Below the pieces are notes generated by a model. It was not told where the DNA came from. It saw only the letters and a list, made by a program, of their open reading frames with translations, and ran no database searches. Positions 8,326 through 18,558 of a DNA stretch of 41,128 nucleotides are shown here, piece by piece (the first letter of the stretch is position 1; the number at the start of each line of letters is the position of its first letter). The translations under genes were made by a program, and so were the position numbers. The stretch covers positions 1-41,128 of IMG/VR virus record IMGVR_UViG_2718217884_000003, one strand, 5' to 3'. Source of the DNA: a virus. Its lineage: Duplodnaviria > Heunggongvirae > Uroviricota > Caudoviricetes.

Positions 8326-8402
8326 GTTGACCTCAACTTATTTCGATTCTCCATCACCCTTAATCCGCCGCCCCATGTGTTTGTTGTGATCCGTTGCTGG
8401 CC

Positions 8403-9119
<717 letters not shown>

Positions 9120-9126
9120 TTAAATC

Positions 9127-9192
9127 TATCACCGCAAGGGATAAATATCTAACACCGTGCGTGTTGACTATTTTACCTCTAGCGGTGATAAT
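9127..9192. promoter_or_regulatory. OR3 (9127..9143), OR2 (9150..9166), OR1 (9174..9190) with divergent pRM/pR
   Basis: Operator sequences match canonical lambda OR3 and OR2; OR1 matches except one base; pR -35 TTGACT (9164..9169), -10 GATAAT (9187..9192). Confidence 0.9.
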
Positions 9193-9207
9193 GGTTGCAT
9201 GTACTAA

Positions 9208-9417
<210 letters not shown>

Positions 9418-9424
9418 GTAACAC

Positions 9425-9470
9425 CGCTCTTTTCACAATGGACATTCGTCCTACGTCGCTGACAAAGCGA
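9425..9470 (+). promoter_or_regulatory. nutR (boxA-like CGCTCTT, boxB hairpin TCGCTGACAAAGCGA)
   Basis: boxA-like motif at 9425..9431 and boxB stem-loop at 9456..9470 with the same loop as nutL. Confidence 0.55.
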
Positions 9471-9554
9471 GCCCCAAGATATCTGACCAACTAAGGCCAT
9501 ATGCGTTTCCACGCATACCTTTCAACTAACTATTCACTATTGGAAAATTAACAA

Positions 9555-9851
9555 ATGACACAAGCAAGTTACAGCAAGCCAACACAGCGAGAAATTGATC
9601 GCGCAGAAACAGATTTACTCATCAACCTGTCAACGCTTACCCAGCGCGGTCTGGCAAAGATGATTGGCTGTCATGAATCGAAGATAAGCAGAACGGACTG
9701 GAGATTTATTGCTTCGGTCTTGTGTGCTTTCGGAATGGCATCAGACATCAGTCCGATTAGCAGGGCTTTTAAGTATGCATTGGATGAAATCACAAAGAAA
9801 AAATCCCCGGCTGCCACCGAGGATTTTAAGCAAATTGATATGCAATTCTGA
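9555..9851 (+). CDS. cII: CII-like transcriptional activator
   Basis: 98-aa ORF; HTH segment and C-terminus (KKKSPAATEDFKQIDMQF) resemble lambda CII; position between cro and the O-like gene. Confidence 0.75.
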   Translation: MTQASYSKPTQREIDRAETDLLINLSTLTQRGLAKMIGCHESKISRTDWRFIASVLCAFGMASDISPISRAFKYALDEITKKKSPAATEDFKQIDMQF

Positions 9852-9883
9852 GGGAATTACTGGATCAATCCACAGGGGTAATT

Positions 9884-10045
9884 ATGACAAAACGTCGTAA
9901 GAAATACCAGGAAAAAGAAGAGATTCGACACCCTGATTCACCTGAGGGATTAGTGGTAGCCGCAGCAAATAACAGGGCGTTCGCAGAGCGCCTTGTTGGT
10001 GTTTACAGACTAGCCAAAGCAGGAGTGAAACATGGGCGTCGTTAA
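9884..10045 (+). CDS. Possible small basic ORF between cII and the replication gene
   Basis: 53-aa ORF found manually (MTKRRKKYQEKEEIRHPDSPEG...); weak RBS; overlaps O-like start by 14 nt. Confidence 0.25.
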   Translation: MTKRRKKYQEKEEIRHPDSPEGLVVAAANNRAFAERLVGVYRLAKAGVKHGRR

Positions 10046-10853
10046 GTTAGCTGATTACAGGCCTCAACTGGAGGTCGTGGAGCATCGCGTGGCAGATACC
10101 GAAGATGGTTTCATGCGCGTTGCTAACGAGATTACCGACAGTCTGCTGATGGCTGATTTAACCGTCCGGCAGATGAAGGTGATGCTCGCTATCATGCGCA
10201 AGACATACGGATTCAATAAGCCGATGGATCGACTCACAAACACGCAGATAGCAGCCATGACAGGTATTCATCACACTCATGTTTGCGCTGCCAAGCGCCA
10301 GCTTATTGAGCGTAAATTCCTCATTGCTGATGGCGTGAAAATCGGAGTGAACAAGGTGGTTTCTCAGTGGATTAGCCAGGACAGCTTAACATTAGCTAAA
10401 ACAGCTAATAAAACATTAGCCAAGTCGGCTAATGGGTATAAGCCAAGTCAGCTAAACACAAAAGACAATATACAAAAGACAATAAATACAAATACCCCCT
10501 TACCCCCTAACGGGGGCGGCGATGGGCAGGTTAAACCTGAACGTCGCAAGGCAGAACGAATCGACTACGAATCCTTCCTGAACGCCTACAACACCGAAGT
10601 CGGTGACAGACTTCCTCATGCTGTTGCGGTCAACGAGAAACGCAAACGCCGCCTGAAGAAAATCATCCCGCAACTGAAAACGCCAAACGTGGACGGTTTC
10701 AGAGCGTATGTCAGGGCGTTTGTGCATCAGGCCAAGCCGTTTTACTTCGGAGACAACGACACGGGCTGGACAGCTGATTTTGATTACCTGCTGAGGGAAG
10801 ATTCGTTAACGGGAGTTCGGGAAGGGAAGTTTGCAGACAGGGGGATTGCATGA
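10032..10853 (+). CDS. Replication initiator, phage O-like N-terminal domain (P22 gp18-type)
   Basis: N-terminal region ([35 protein letters not shown]) typical of the O N-terminal domain; RBS AGGAG; stop overlaps helicase start. Confidence 0.8.
   Translation: MGVVKLADYRPQLEVVEHRVADTEDGFMRVANEITDSLLMADLTVRQMKVMLAIMRKTYGFNKPMDRLTNTQIAAMTGIHHTHVCAAKRQLIERKFLIADGVKIGVNKVVSQWISQDSLTLAKTANKTLAKSANGYKPSQLNTKDNIQKTINTNTPLPPNGGGDGQVKPERRKAERIDYESFLNAYNTEVGDRLPHAVAVNEKRKRRLKKIIPQLKTPNVDGFRAYVRAFVHQAKPFYFGDNDTGWTADFDYLLREDSLTGVREGKFADRGIA
10370..10495. repeat. Candidate replication origin: iteron-like repeats plus A/T-rich tract inside the O-like gene
   Basis: Recurring TTAGC-containing units (acattagc x2, gccaagtc x2) then direct repeat acaaaagacaata x2 in an A-rich tract; analogous to lambda ori inside O. 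Confidence 0.45.
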
Positions 10854-12226
10854 AACAGGATATCGAAGCGAGCGTTATCGGTGGCCTGCTGATTGGTGGA
10901 TTAACACCAACTGCCAGTGACGTTCTGGCAACGCTGGAGCCGGAAGCGTTTTCAATTCCGCTCTACCGGAAAGCCTTCGAGGTTATCCGGAAGCAGGCGA
11001 GAAACAGAAACCTAATCGACGCGCTGATGGTTGCCGAGGCGTGCGGAGAGGAGCATTTCACGTCAATCCTGATGACCAGCAAAAACTGCCCGAGTGCCGC
11101 AAACCTGAAGGGATATGCCGGAATGGTCGCGGATAACTATCACCGCCGTCTGGTGCTGGAAATCATGGATGAAATGCGTGAACCAATTCAGAGCGGAACC
11201 ATCGATACATCGAGTCAGGCGATGGACGAGCTTGTAAAGCGTCTCTCAGCCATCAGAAAGCCCCGTGACGAGGTAAAACCTGTACGGTTAGGGGAAATCA
11301 TTACTGACTACACTGACACGCTTGACAGGCGTCTGAGGAACGGAGAAGAGTCAGATACCCTGAAGACCGGAATCGAAGAACTTGATGCCATCACCGGAGG
11401 GATGAACGCGGAAGACCTGGTGATAATCGCTGCTCGTCCTGGTATGGGGAAAACCGAACTGGCGCTGAAGATTGCCGAAGGCGTTGCAAGCCGCGTTATT
11501 CCTGGTTCTGACGTCCGACGCGGGGTATTGATTTTCTCAATGGAAATGAGCGCATTGCAGATTGCAGAGCGAAGCATTGCCAACGCCGGGAGGATGTCGG
11601 TTAGCGTACTGCGAAATCCTGCATCGATGGATGACGAAGGCTGGGCGCGTGTTGCTAACGGCATGAGTCAGCTTGCAGATTTGGATGTATGGGTAGTCGA
11701 TGCCTCGCGGTTATCGGTCGAAGAAATACGCTCAATCGCAGAACGACACAAACAGGAAAATCCAAACCTGTCACTCATCATGGCGGATTATCTTGGCCTG
11801 ATTGAGAAGCCGAAAGCAGACCGCAACGACCTCGCAATTGCTCACATCTCAGGAAGCCTGAAGGCGATGGCGAAAGACCTGAAAACACCGGTTATTTCCC
11901 TGAGTCAGCTTTCACGCGATGTTGAGAAGCGACCAAACAAACGCCCGACAAACGCAGATTTGCGTGATTCAGGAAGCATTGAACAGGACGCAGACTCAAT
12001 CATCATGCTCTATCGGGAAGCTGTATATGACGAGAACAGTAGCGCCGCGCCATTTGCTGAAATCATTGTGACGAAAAACCGTTTTGGCTCACTTGGTACG
12101 GTTTACCAGCGGTTCTGCAACGGACACTTTGTTGCATGTGACCAGGATGAAGCCAGACAGATTTGCACAGCATCAAATGCACCTGCTGCGCGTGGCAGAC
12201 GATATGCACAAGGGGCTGACGTATGA
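10850..12226 (+). CDS. Replicative DNA helicase, DnaB family (P22 gp12-type)
   Basis: 458-aa ORF with Walker A ARPGMGKT and the conserved DnaB C-terminal domain. Confidence 0.9.
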   Translation: MKQDIEASVIGGLLIGGLTPTASDVLATLEPEAFSIPLYRKAFEVIRKQARNRNLIDALMVAEACGEEHFTSILMTSKNCPSAANLKGYAGMVADNYHRRLVLEIMDEMREPIQSGTIDTSSQAMDELVKRLSAIRKPRDEVKPVRLGEIITDYTDTLDRRLRNGEESDTLKTGIEELDAITGGMNAEDLVIIAARPGMGKTELALKIAEGVASRVIPGSDVRRGVLIFSMEMSALQIAERSIANAGRMSVSVLRNPASMDDEGWARVANGMSQLADLDVWVVDASRLSVEEIRSIAERHKQENPNLSLIMADYLGLIEKPKADRNDLAIAHISGSLKAMAKDLKTPVISLSQLSRDVEKRPNKRPTNADLRDSGSIEQDADSIIMLYREAVYDENSSAAPFAEIIVTKNRFGSLGTVYQRFCNGHFVACDQDEARQICTASNAPAARGRRYAQGADV

Positions 12227-12251
12227 CCATCTACATCACTGAGCTAATAAC

Positions 12252-12284
12252 AGGCCTGCTGGTAATCGCAGGCCTTTTTATTTG
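12252..12284 (+). terminator. Rho-independent terminator (tR2-like)
   Basis: 8-bp stem AGGCCTGC / GCAGGCCT with loop, followed by TTTTTATTT; between helicase and ninB. Confidence 0.7.
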
Positions 12285-12299
12285 GGGGAGAGGGAAGTC

Positions 12300-12740
12300 A
12301 TGAAAAAACTAACCTTTGAAATTCGATCTCCAGCACATCAGCAAAATGCTATTCACGCGGTACAGCAAATTCTTCCAGACCCAACCAAACCAATCGTAGT
12401 AACCATTCAGGAACGCAACCGCAGCTTAGACCAGAATCGAAAGCTTTGGGCTTGCCTTGGTGACGTCTCTCGTCAGGTTGAATGGCATGGTCGCTGGCTG
12501 GATGCAGAAAGCTGGAAGTGTGTGTTTACCGCAGCATTAAAGCAGCAGGATGTTGTTCCTAACCTTGCCGGGAATGGCTTTGTGGTAATAGGCCAGTCAA
12601 CCAGCAGGATGCGTGTAAACGAATTTGCGGAGCTATTAGAGCTTATACAGGCATTCGGTACAGAGCGTGCCGTTAAGTGGTCAGACGAAGCGCGACTGGC
12701 TCTCGAATGGAAAGCGCGATGGGGAGATCGGGCTGCATGA
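12300..12740 (+). CDS. ninB: NinB (Orf family recombination mediator)
   Basis: MKKLTFEIRSPAHQQNAIHAVQQIL... matching lambda NinB; ATG at 12300 with RBS GGAGAGGG (the track ORF begins at an upstream TTG). Confidence 0.9.
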   Translation: MKKLTFEIRSPAHQQNAIHAVQQILPDPTKPIVVTIQERNRSLDQNRKLWACLGDVSRQVEWHGRWLDAESWKCVFTAALKQQDVVPNLAGNGFVVIGQSTSRMRVNEFAELLELIQAFGTERAVKWSDEARLALEWKARWGDRAA

Positions 12741-13264
12741 CTATCAAATCAAATACGCCAGCACACGACAAGGACTGCTGGCAAACGCCGCTTTGGCTTT
12801 TTGATGCACTGGATATTGAGTTTGGATTCTGGCTGGATTCGGCAGCGAGCGACAAAAATGCTCTGTGCGCTCACTGGTTAACTGAGGCCGACGACGCGCT
12901 AAATTCTGAGTGGGTAAGCCACGGTGCAATCTGGAATAACCCACCGTATAGCAATATCAGGCCGTGGGTGGAAAAAGCCGCTGAGCAGTGCATACAACAG
13001 CGACAGACGGTAGTGATGCTTGTGCCAGAGGATATGTCAGTCGGATGGTTCAGCAAGGCTCTGGAGAGTGTCGACGAAGTTCGCATTATCACTGATGGAC
13101 GGATTAATTTTATCGAACCATCGACAGGGCTGGAGAAGAAGGGAAACAGCAAAGGCTCCATGCTGCTGATTTGGCGACCGTTCATCAGTCCTCGACGGAT
13201 GTTTACTACCGTATCCAAAGCGGCATTGATGGCGATCGGGCAGGGCGTCAGGAGGGCGGCATGA
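12737..13264 (+). CDS. DNA N6-adenine methyltransferase (phage Dam-type)
   Basis: Motif IV NPPY (IWNNPPYS); ATGA overlap with ninB stop; occupies the ninC position. Confidence 0.8.
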   Translation: MTIKSNTPAHDKDCWQTPLWLFDALDIEFGFWLDSAASDKNALCAHWLTEADDALNSEWVSHGAIWNNPPYSNIRPWVEKAAEQCIQQRQTVVMLVPEDMSVGWFSKALESVDEVRIITDGRINFIEPSTGLEKKGNSKGSMLLIWRPFISPRRMFTTVSKAALMAIGQGVRRAA

Positions 13265-13437
13265 GACGACAGCGACGAAGTATCACCGACATCATCTGTG
13301 AAAACTGCAAATACCTTCCAACGAAACGCTCCAGAAATAAACGCAAGGCAATCCCAAAAGAATCTGACGTAAAAACCTTCAACTACACGGCTCACCTGTG
13401 GGATATCCGGTGGCTAAGACATCGTGCGAGGAAATGA
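13261..13437 (+). CDS. ninE: NinE
   Basis: [52 protein letters not shown]... matching lambda NinE; ATGA overlap with upstream stop. Confidence 0.8.
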   Translation: MRRQRRSITDIICENCKYLPTKRSRNKRKAIPKESDVKTFNYTAHLWDIRWLRHRARK

Positions 13438-13439
13438 CA

Positions 13440-13817
13440 ATGGATTATTCACAGTTAAGTGATTTTGAAATTAACGTGGCGGTATTCGAAGCCATTCATA
13501 ACGGATCACCGGATTACAAAGAAGGTGAGAATGGCGATATGGTGTTTGTCTCATTTGAGGGAGACATTGTAAACGGAGACGCAGTTGAAGTAGAAGTTGA
13601 GCGCGGATCCTTTAACCCATGCGCAAACCCAGCAGACGCATGGCCGATTATCACTGAAAACAACATCAGCATAATTTTAGACAATCCCTCAATGCCGTGC
13701 GCCACAGACAACGCAAGGGACTTGTTTGATGATGCCTTACCGAATGTTGGTGTCGCATATGACAATCCACTCCGTGCCGCCATGATTGTCTTTCTCATGA
13801 TGCGGAGAATCCAATAA
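13440..13817 (+). CDS. Hypothetical nin-region protein
   Basis: About 125-aa acidic ORF between ninE and ninF (alternative ATG at 13434); GAGG upstream; TAATG overlap with ninF. Confidence 0.55.
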   Translation: MDYSQLSDFEINVAVFEAIHNGSPDYKEGENGDMVFVSFEGDIVNGDAVEVEVERGSFNPCANPADAWPIITENNISIILDNPSMPCATDNARDLFDDALPNVGVAYDNPLRAAMIVFLMMRRIQ

Positions 13818-13993
13818 TGCTTAGCCCATCCCAATCCCTTCAATACCAGAAAGAAAGCGTCGAGCGAGCTTTAACGTGCGCTAACTGCGGTCAGAAGCTG
13901 CATGTGCTGGAAGTTCACGTGTGTGAGCACTGCTGCGCAGAACTGATGAGCGATCCGAATAGCTCGATGCACGAGGAAGAAGACGATGGCTAA
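13817..13993 (+). CDS. ninF: NinF
   Basis: Manually translated 58-aa [47 protein letters not shown]... matching lambda NinF; below track cutoff. Confidence 0.8.
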   Translation: MLSPSQSLQYQKESVERALTCANCGQKLHVLEVHVCEHCCAELMSDPNSSMHEEEDDG

Positions 13994-14597
13994 ACCAGCG
14001 CGAAGACGATGTAAAAACGATGAATGTCGGGAATGGTTTCACCCTGCATTCGCCAATCAGTGGTGGTGCTCTCCAGAGTGTGGAACCAAGATAGCACTCG
14101 AACGACGAAGCAAAGAACGCGAAAAAGCGGAAAATGCAGCAGAGAAGAAACGACGACGAGAGGAGCAGAAACAGAAAGATAAACTTAAGATTCGAAAACT
14201 CGCCTTAAAGCCCCGCAGTTACTGGATTAAACAAGCCCAACAAGCCGTAAACGCCTTCATCAGAGAAAGAGACCGCGACTTACCATGTATCTCGTGCGGA
14301 ACGCTCACGTCTGCTCAGTGGGATGCCGGACATTACCGGACAACTTCTGCGGCACCTCAACTCCGATTTGATGAACGCAATATTCACAAGCAATGCGTGG
14401 TGTGCAACCAGCATAAAAGCGGAAATCTCGTTCCCTATCGCGTCGAACTGATTAACCGAATCGGGCAGGAAGCAGTAGACGAAATCGAATCAAACCATAA
14501 CCGCCATCGCTGGACTATCGAAGAGTGCAAGGCGATCAAGGCAGAGTACCAACAGAAACTCAAAGACCTGCGAAATAGCAGAAGTGAGGCCGCATGA
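13986..14597 (+). CDS. ninG: NinG / Rap recombination-associated endonuclease
   Basis: 203-aa ORF with Cys-rich N-terminus and the [11 protein letters not shown] motif typical of NinG/Rap. Confidence 0.9.
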   Translation: MAKPARRRCKNDECREWFHPAFANQWWCSPECGTKIALERRSKEREKAENAAEKKRRREEQKQKDKLKIRKLALKPRSYWIKQAQQAVNAFIRERDRDLPCISCGTLTSAQWDAGHYRTTSAAPQLRFDERNIHKQCVVCNQHKSGNLVPYRVELINRIGQEAVDEIESNHNRHRWTIEECKAIKAEYQQKLKDLRNSRSEAA

Positions 14598-14800
14598 CGT
14601 TCTCAGTAAAAACCATTCCAGACATGCTCGTTGAAGCATACGGAAACCAGACAGAAGTAGCACGCAGACTGAAATGTAGTCGCGGTACGGTCAGAAAATA
14701 CGTTGATGATAAAGACGGGAAAATGCACGCCATCGTCAACGACGTTCTCATGGTTCATCGCGGATGGAGTGAAAGAGATGCGCTATTACGAAAAAATTGA
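14594..14800 (+). CDS. ninH: NinH
   Basis: 68-aa [40 protein letters not shown]... matching lambda NinH. Confidence 0.85.
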   Translation: MTFSVKTIPDMLVEAYGNQTEVARRLKCSRGTVRKYVDDKDGKMHAIVNDVLMVHRGWSERDALLRKN

Positions 14801-15449
14801 TGGCAGCAAATACCGAAATATTTGGGTAGTTGGCGATCTGCACGGATGCTACACGAACCTGATGAACAAACTGGATACGATTGGATTCGACAACAAAAAA
14901 GACCTGCTTATCTCGGTGGGCGATTTGGTCGATCGCGGTACAGAGAACGTCGAATGCCTGGAATTAATCACATTCCCCTGGTTCAGAGCTGTACGTGGAA
15001 ACCATGAGCAAATGATGATTGATGGCTTATCAGAGCGCGGAAACGTCAATCACTGGATGCTTAATGGCGGTGGCTGGTTCTTTAATCTCGATTACGACAA
15101 AGAAATTCTGGCTAAAGCTCTTGCCCATAAAGCAGATGAACTTCCGTTAATCATCGAACTGGTGAGCAAAGATAAAAAATATGTCATCTGCCACGCCGAT
15201 TATCCTTGTGACGAATATGAGTTTGGAAAGCCAGTTGATCATCAGCAGGTAATCTGGAACCGCGAACGAATCAGCAACTCACAAGACGGGATCGTGAAAG
15301 AAATCAAAGGCGCGGACATGTTCATCTTTGGTCATACGCCAGCAGTGAAACCACTCAAATTTGCCAACCAGATGTATATCGATACCGGCGCAGTGTTCTG
15401 CGGAAACCTCACATTGATTCAGGCACAGGGAGAAGGCGCGTGGGCATAA
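14778..15449 (+). CDS. ninI: Ser/Thr protein phosphatase (NinI)
   Basis: Metallophosphatase motifs GDLHG, GDLVDRG, GNHE; start at [23 protein letters not shown]. Confidence 0.9.
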   Translation: MRYYEKIDGSKYRNIWVVGDLHGCYTNLMNKLDTIGFDNKKDLLISVGDLVDRGTENVECLELITFPWFRAVRGNHEQMMIDGLSERGNVNHWMLNGGGWFFNLDYDKEILAKALAHKADELPLIIELVSKDKKYVICHADYPCDEYEFGKPVDHQQVIWNRERISNSQDGIVKEIKGADMFIFGHTPAVKPLKFANQMYIDTGAVFCGNLTLIQAQGEGAWA

Positions 15450-15958
15450 GAGAACTAAACCTCACCAAAGAACAGCATGAGTGGCTGAATGGCTGGCTTG
15501 AACTGTGGGGCGCATGGGTTTATTCAGGCCGTCTGGAAAAGCGCATGAGCAGCGTAATAGCGAAGTTCATGGAGAGCGTAGAGCCGGGAAGAGTTATGAC
15601 AAGGCCAATGTGTAATGATGATGATGGAATGTTGATTTCTCAGGTCGTCGATTCCGTCATGTACATTGATAAGAAAGCCTTTGGCATCCTCCTCAGCTAC
15701 TACGCTCATGGTTCATCTAAGCGAGCAATTGCATCCTACTATCACGCGACTGCAAAGCCACGCAAGATGTGTGGACGTGGTGGCGAGGGATGGAGAAAAC
15801 CTTCAATGGCAACCTGTAGAAACGAAATTGACGACATCCTGAAAGCGTCGTTATTTGTTTTGTACCAGCCAATGCAAAATGCTTTCAAAATGCGTAAACG
15901 TGTTGAGAAAGTTAAGCATGTTGCTGTTAAAGGCCTTGACATGCAATTATCCATTTAG
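15440..15958 (+). CDS. Q: Late-gene antiterminator Q (QuuD / phage-82-type family, not lambda-type)
   Basis: GTG start; motifs [18 protein letters not shown] and LLSYYAHG as in the Phage_antitermQ family; position between ninI and the late promoter. Confidence 0.7.
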   Translation: MGIRELNLTKEQHEWLNGWLELWGAWVYSGRLEKRMSSVIAKFMESVEPGRVMTRPMCNDDDGMLISQVVDSVMYIDKKAFGILLSYYAHGSSKRAIASYYHATAKPRKMCGRGGEGWRKPSMATCRNEIDDILKASLFVLYQPMQNAFKMRKRVEKVKHVAVKGLDMQLSI

Positions 15959-15965
15959 CCATAAT
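15936..15965 (+). promoter_or_regulatory. Candidate late promoter pR' overlapping the 3' end of Q
   Basis: -35 TTGACA (15936..15941), 17-18 nt spacer, -10 CATAAT (about 15960..15965). Confidence 0.5.
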
Positions 15966-15975
15966 TAGAAGGTAA

Positions 15976-16018
15976 GCTGCCGTTAGTGACTCTTAAGTTG
16001 CAACGGTGGCTTTTTTTT
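15976..16018 (+). terminator. Candidate tR'-like intrinsic terminator
   Basis: 9-bp stem (two G-U pairs) with a large loop, followed by eight T's, immediately downstream of the pR' candidate. Confidence 0.45.
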
Positions 16019-16022
16019 ATTT

Positions 16023-16097
16023 GGGTCAGTCGTATAAAGGTCATTACGGAAGGCTGTTAACCTTCTTATCGTGGTTCGAGTCCACGCTGTCCCGCCA
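16023..16097 (+). tRNA. tRNA-Asn (anticodon GTT), phage-encoded
   Basis: Hand-folded cloverleaf: 7-bp acceptor (one T-T mismatch), 3-bp D-stem, anticodon loop CTGTTAA, T-loop TTCGAGT, encoded CCA end. Confidence 0.55.
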
Positions 16098-16102
16098 AAC
16101 AT

Positions 16103-16178
16103 GCTGGTTTAGCTCCAATGGTAGAGCAGTCGCCTTGTAAGCGAATGGGTAGCGGTTCAAGTCCGTTAACCAGCACCA
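16103..16178 (+). tRNA. tRNA-Thr (anticodon TGT), phage-encoded
   Basis: Hand-folded cloverleaf: perfect 7-bp acceptor, D-arm GCTC/GAGC, anticodon loop CTTGTAA, T-loop TTCAAGT, encoded CCA end. Confidence 0.65.
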
Positions 16179-16420
16179 TAACTGAGCCGTAGCCACTGAC
16201 TATCCTGAATTCATCAGTGATAGTTACGCTGCGGCCTTCTACACATGATCTTCGTGAAAGCGGGTGGCAGGAGGTTGCGCTAACAACCTCATGCCGTTTT
16301 GCCCGTGCATATCGGTCACGAACAAATCTGATTACTAAACACAGTAGCCTGGATTTGTTCTATCAGTAATCGACCTTATTCCTAATTAAATAGAGCAAAT
16401 CCCCTTATTGGGGGTAAGAC

Positions 16421-16744
16421 ATGAAGATGCCAGAAAAACATGACCTGTTAGCCGCCATTCTCGCGGCAAAGGAACAAGGCATCGGGGCAATCCTTGCGTT
16501 TGCAATGGCGTACCTTCGCGGCAGATATAATGGCGGTGCGTTTACAAAAACAGTAATCGACGCAACGATGTGCGCCATTATCGCCTGGTTCATTCGTGAC
16601 CTTCTCGACTTCGCCGGACTAAGTAGCAATCTCGCTTATATAACGAGCGTGTTCATCGGCTACATCGGTACTGACTCGATTGGTTCGCTTATCAAACGCT
16701 TCGCTGCTAAAAAAGCCGGAGTAGAAGATGGTGGAAATCAATAA
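16421..16744 (+). CDS. S: Holin S (class I, dual-start holin/antiholin)
   Basis: [34 protein letters not shown]... near-identical to lambda S107/S105 as recalled; upstream leader matches lambda. Confidence 0.95.
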   Translation: MKMPEKHDLLAAILAAKEQGIGAILAFAMAYLRGRYNGGAFTKTVIDATMCAIIAWFIRDLLDFAGLSSNLAYITSVFIGYIGTDSIGSLIKRFAAKKAGVEDGGNQ

Positions 16745-17204
16745 TCAACGTAAGGCGTTCCTCGATATGCTGGCGTGGTCAGAGGGAACTGATAACGGAC
16801 GGCAGAAAACCAGAAATCATGGTTATGACGTCATTGTAGGCGGAGAGCTATTCACTGATTACTCAGATCACCCTCGCAAACTTGTCACGCTAAACCCCAA
16901 ACTCAAATCAACAGCAGCCGGACGTTACCAGCTTCTTTCCCGTTGGTGGGACGCCTACCGTAAGCAGCTTGGCCTGAAAGACTTCTCTCCTAAAAGCCAG
17001 GATGCTGTTGCATTGCAGCAGATTAAGGAGCGTGGCGCTTTGCCGATGATTGATCGCGGTGATATTCGTCAGGCTATCGACCGTTGCAGCAATATCTGGG
17101 CTTCACTGCCGGGCGCTGGTTATGGTCAGTTCGAGCATAAGGCTGACAGCCTGATTGCAAAATTCAAAGAAGCAGGCGGAACGGTCAGAGAGATTGATGT
17201 ATGA
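16728..17204 (+). CDS. R: Endolysin R (lytic transglycosylase)
   Basis: 158-aa protein near-identical to lambda R as recalled. Confidence 0.95.
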   Translation: MVEINNQRKAFLDMLAWSEGTDNGRQKTRNHGYDVIVGGELFTDYSDHPRKLVTLNPKLKSTAAGRYQLLSRWWDAYRKQLGLKDFSPKSQDAVALQQIKERGALPMIDRGDIRQAIDRCSNIWASLPGAGYGQFEHKADSLIAKFKEAGGTVREIDV

Positions 17205-17668
17205 GTAGAGTAACCGCGATTATCTCCGCTCTGGTTATCTGCATCATCGTCTGCCTGTCATGGGCTGTTAATCATTATCGTGATAACGCCATCGCCTATA
17301 AAGAACAGCGTGATAAAAAAGTCAGTGAGCTGAAGCAGGCGACCGCCACCATCGCTGACATGCAGCAGCGTCAGCGTGATGTTGCTGCGCTCGATGCAAA
17401 GTACTCGAGAGAATTAGCCAATGCGAAAGCTGAAAATGATGCTCTTCGGCGCAAGCTTGATAATGGTGGCAGGGTGCTCGTCAAAGGAAAATGCCCTGTG
17501 CCATCCTCAGCCGAAACCTCCAGCGCCTCCGGCATGGGCAATGATGCCACCGTCGAACTCTCTCCAGTTGCTGGACGAAACGTTCTCGGTATCCGGGACG
17601 GAATTATCCGCGACCAAACAGCATTGAGAACGCTTCAGGAATACATCAGGACGCAATGCCTTCGATGA
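17201..17668 (+). CDS. Rz: Spanin inner-membrane subunit Rz
   Basis: N-terminal TM helix, coiled-coil body, lambda Rz-like; directly follows R. Confidence 0.85.
   Translation: MSRVTAIISALVICIIVCLSWAVNHYRDNAIAYKEQRDKKVSELKQATATIADMQQRQRDVAALDAKYSRELANAKAENDALRRKLDNGGRVLVKGKCPVPSSAETSSASGMGNDATVELSPVAGRNVLGIRDGIIRDQTALRTLQEYIRTQCLR
17421..17627 (+). CDS. Rz1: Spanin outer-membrane lipoprotein Rz1 (embedded in Rz, +1 frame)
   Basis: Lipobox MVAGC followed by a Pro-rich segment; true start may be the ATG at 17436 or 17439. Confidence 0.7.
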   Translation: MRKLKMMLFGASLIMVAGCSSKENALCHPQPKPPAPPAWAMMPPSNSLQLLDETFSVSGTELSATKQH

Positions 17669-17919
17669 TAGCGATAATTTTACTCATCATCCTTCACATC
17701 TGGCTCTGTAGACAGGGTGGTGCTCACTTCTGGAGTGAATCCAGATTAAACATCTCATTGCTGATGCTTGAAGTTGAGCATCTGGCGCGCGGTAAGGGGC
17801 TGCGTTGAGATAAGTGCCTGTTCATTACAAAGCTATATCTAATGGAACCTGAAATAATTTGTCATTGTCATGACAAGAAAATTCATTAATGATGAGCTCT
17901 CATTATACGGGAGGTAGAT

Positions 17920-18168
17920 ATGGCATTTCGTTATTTTGAACTTACCGAAAATATTCCTTTTGAGGATGAAAGAGAGCTTCACATACAGTTCAAACACCAC
18001 TTAGAACATGTTGTAAAGGCGTTATTTATGCCGGGAACACATGAAAAGCATTTAATTGTTGAAGGCCGGGATGACGAATCGATAACACAGATATTTGGTG
18101 GGCATGATGAAAAGTTTATGCATCTTTATCACATCGATGAATATGTAAAACGTGAAGACTTAATCTAA
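17920..18168 (+). CDS. Hypothetical acidic His-rich protein
   Basis: 82-aa ORF with strong RBS GGAGGT; AT-rich island; followed by a weak hairpin. Confidence 0.55.
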   Translation: MAFRYFELTENIPFEDERELHIQFKHHLEHVVKALFMPGTHEKHLIVEGRDDESITQIFGGHDEKFMHLYHIDEYVKREDLI

Positions 18169-18558
18169 CCTCCTGCGGCTGTTTTTATTGCCATCACAAA
18201 AGCCATTCCTTGCAGAATGGCTTTGATAATGGCTTATACCCTACACGGGATAACTTAACTGATATCCCCACAAGCGGATAAAGAGGCTCTCAATGTCCGA
18301 CATCTACATCATCAAACTGAATACGAATGACGGCGGCGAGTAAACGGGCAAGATGTCACGACGTCAGCCTGAGCTGGTTAATGGCTTTGTGCCGCTGGCG
18401 ACCTAGACGGGAGGGGGGCGTACTTCGCTCCTGCTGATGTCAAGTACGTGTAGTTCACGCCAATATCGGTAGGTGACGATAGAACTGTGGAATAGACATG
18501 GCATTATCCTGGACGTGTAAATGTTCAATCGGAAATGCCATGCTGGTCAGTTGGTTGC

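Noticed and set aside
8058-8389. Track ORFs 8058..8264 (minus, 68 aa) and 8180..8389 (plus, 69 aa) downstream of cI
   Set aside because: Neither has an RBS; both overlap the better-supported 51-aa hydrophobic ORF (8170..8325) and the start of the 135-aa ORF.
10370-10495. Possibility that the short repeats are a CRISPR array
   Set aside because: Repeats are short, imperfect, lie inside a coding sequence and lack regular repeat-spacer periodicity; origin iterons are the better explanation.
12871-13395. 174-aa minus-strand ORF across dam and ninE
   Set aside because: Antisense to two coupled, recognisable genes; no RBS; Ser/Cys-rich low-complexity translation.
12282-14777. N-terminally extended track ORFs for ninB (12282), Dam (12677), ninE (13171) and ninI (14703)
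   Set aside because: Internal ATGs with RBS and ATGA/TAATG coupling give N-termini matching known Nin proteins; extensions would overlap upstream genes extensively.
16179-16420. A third tRNA between tRNA-Thr and the holin
   Set aside because: No cloverleaf could be folded; the segment matches my recollection of the lambda late leader upstream of S.
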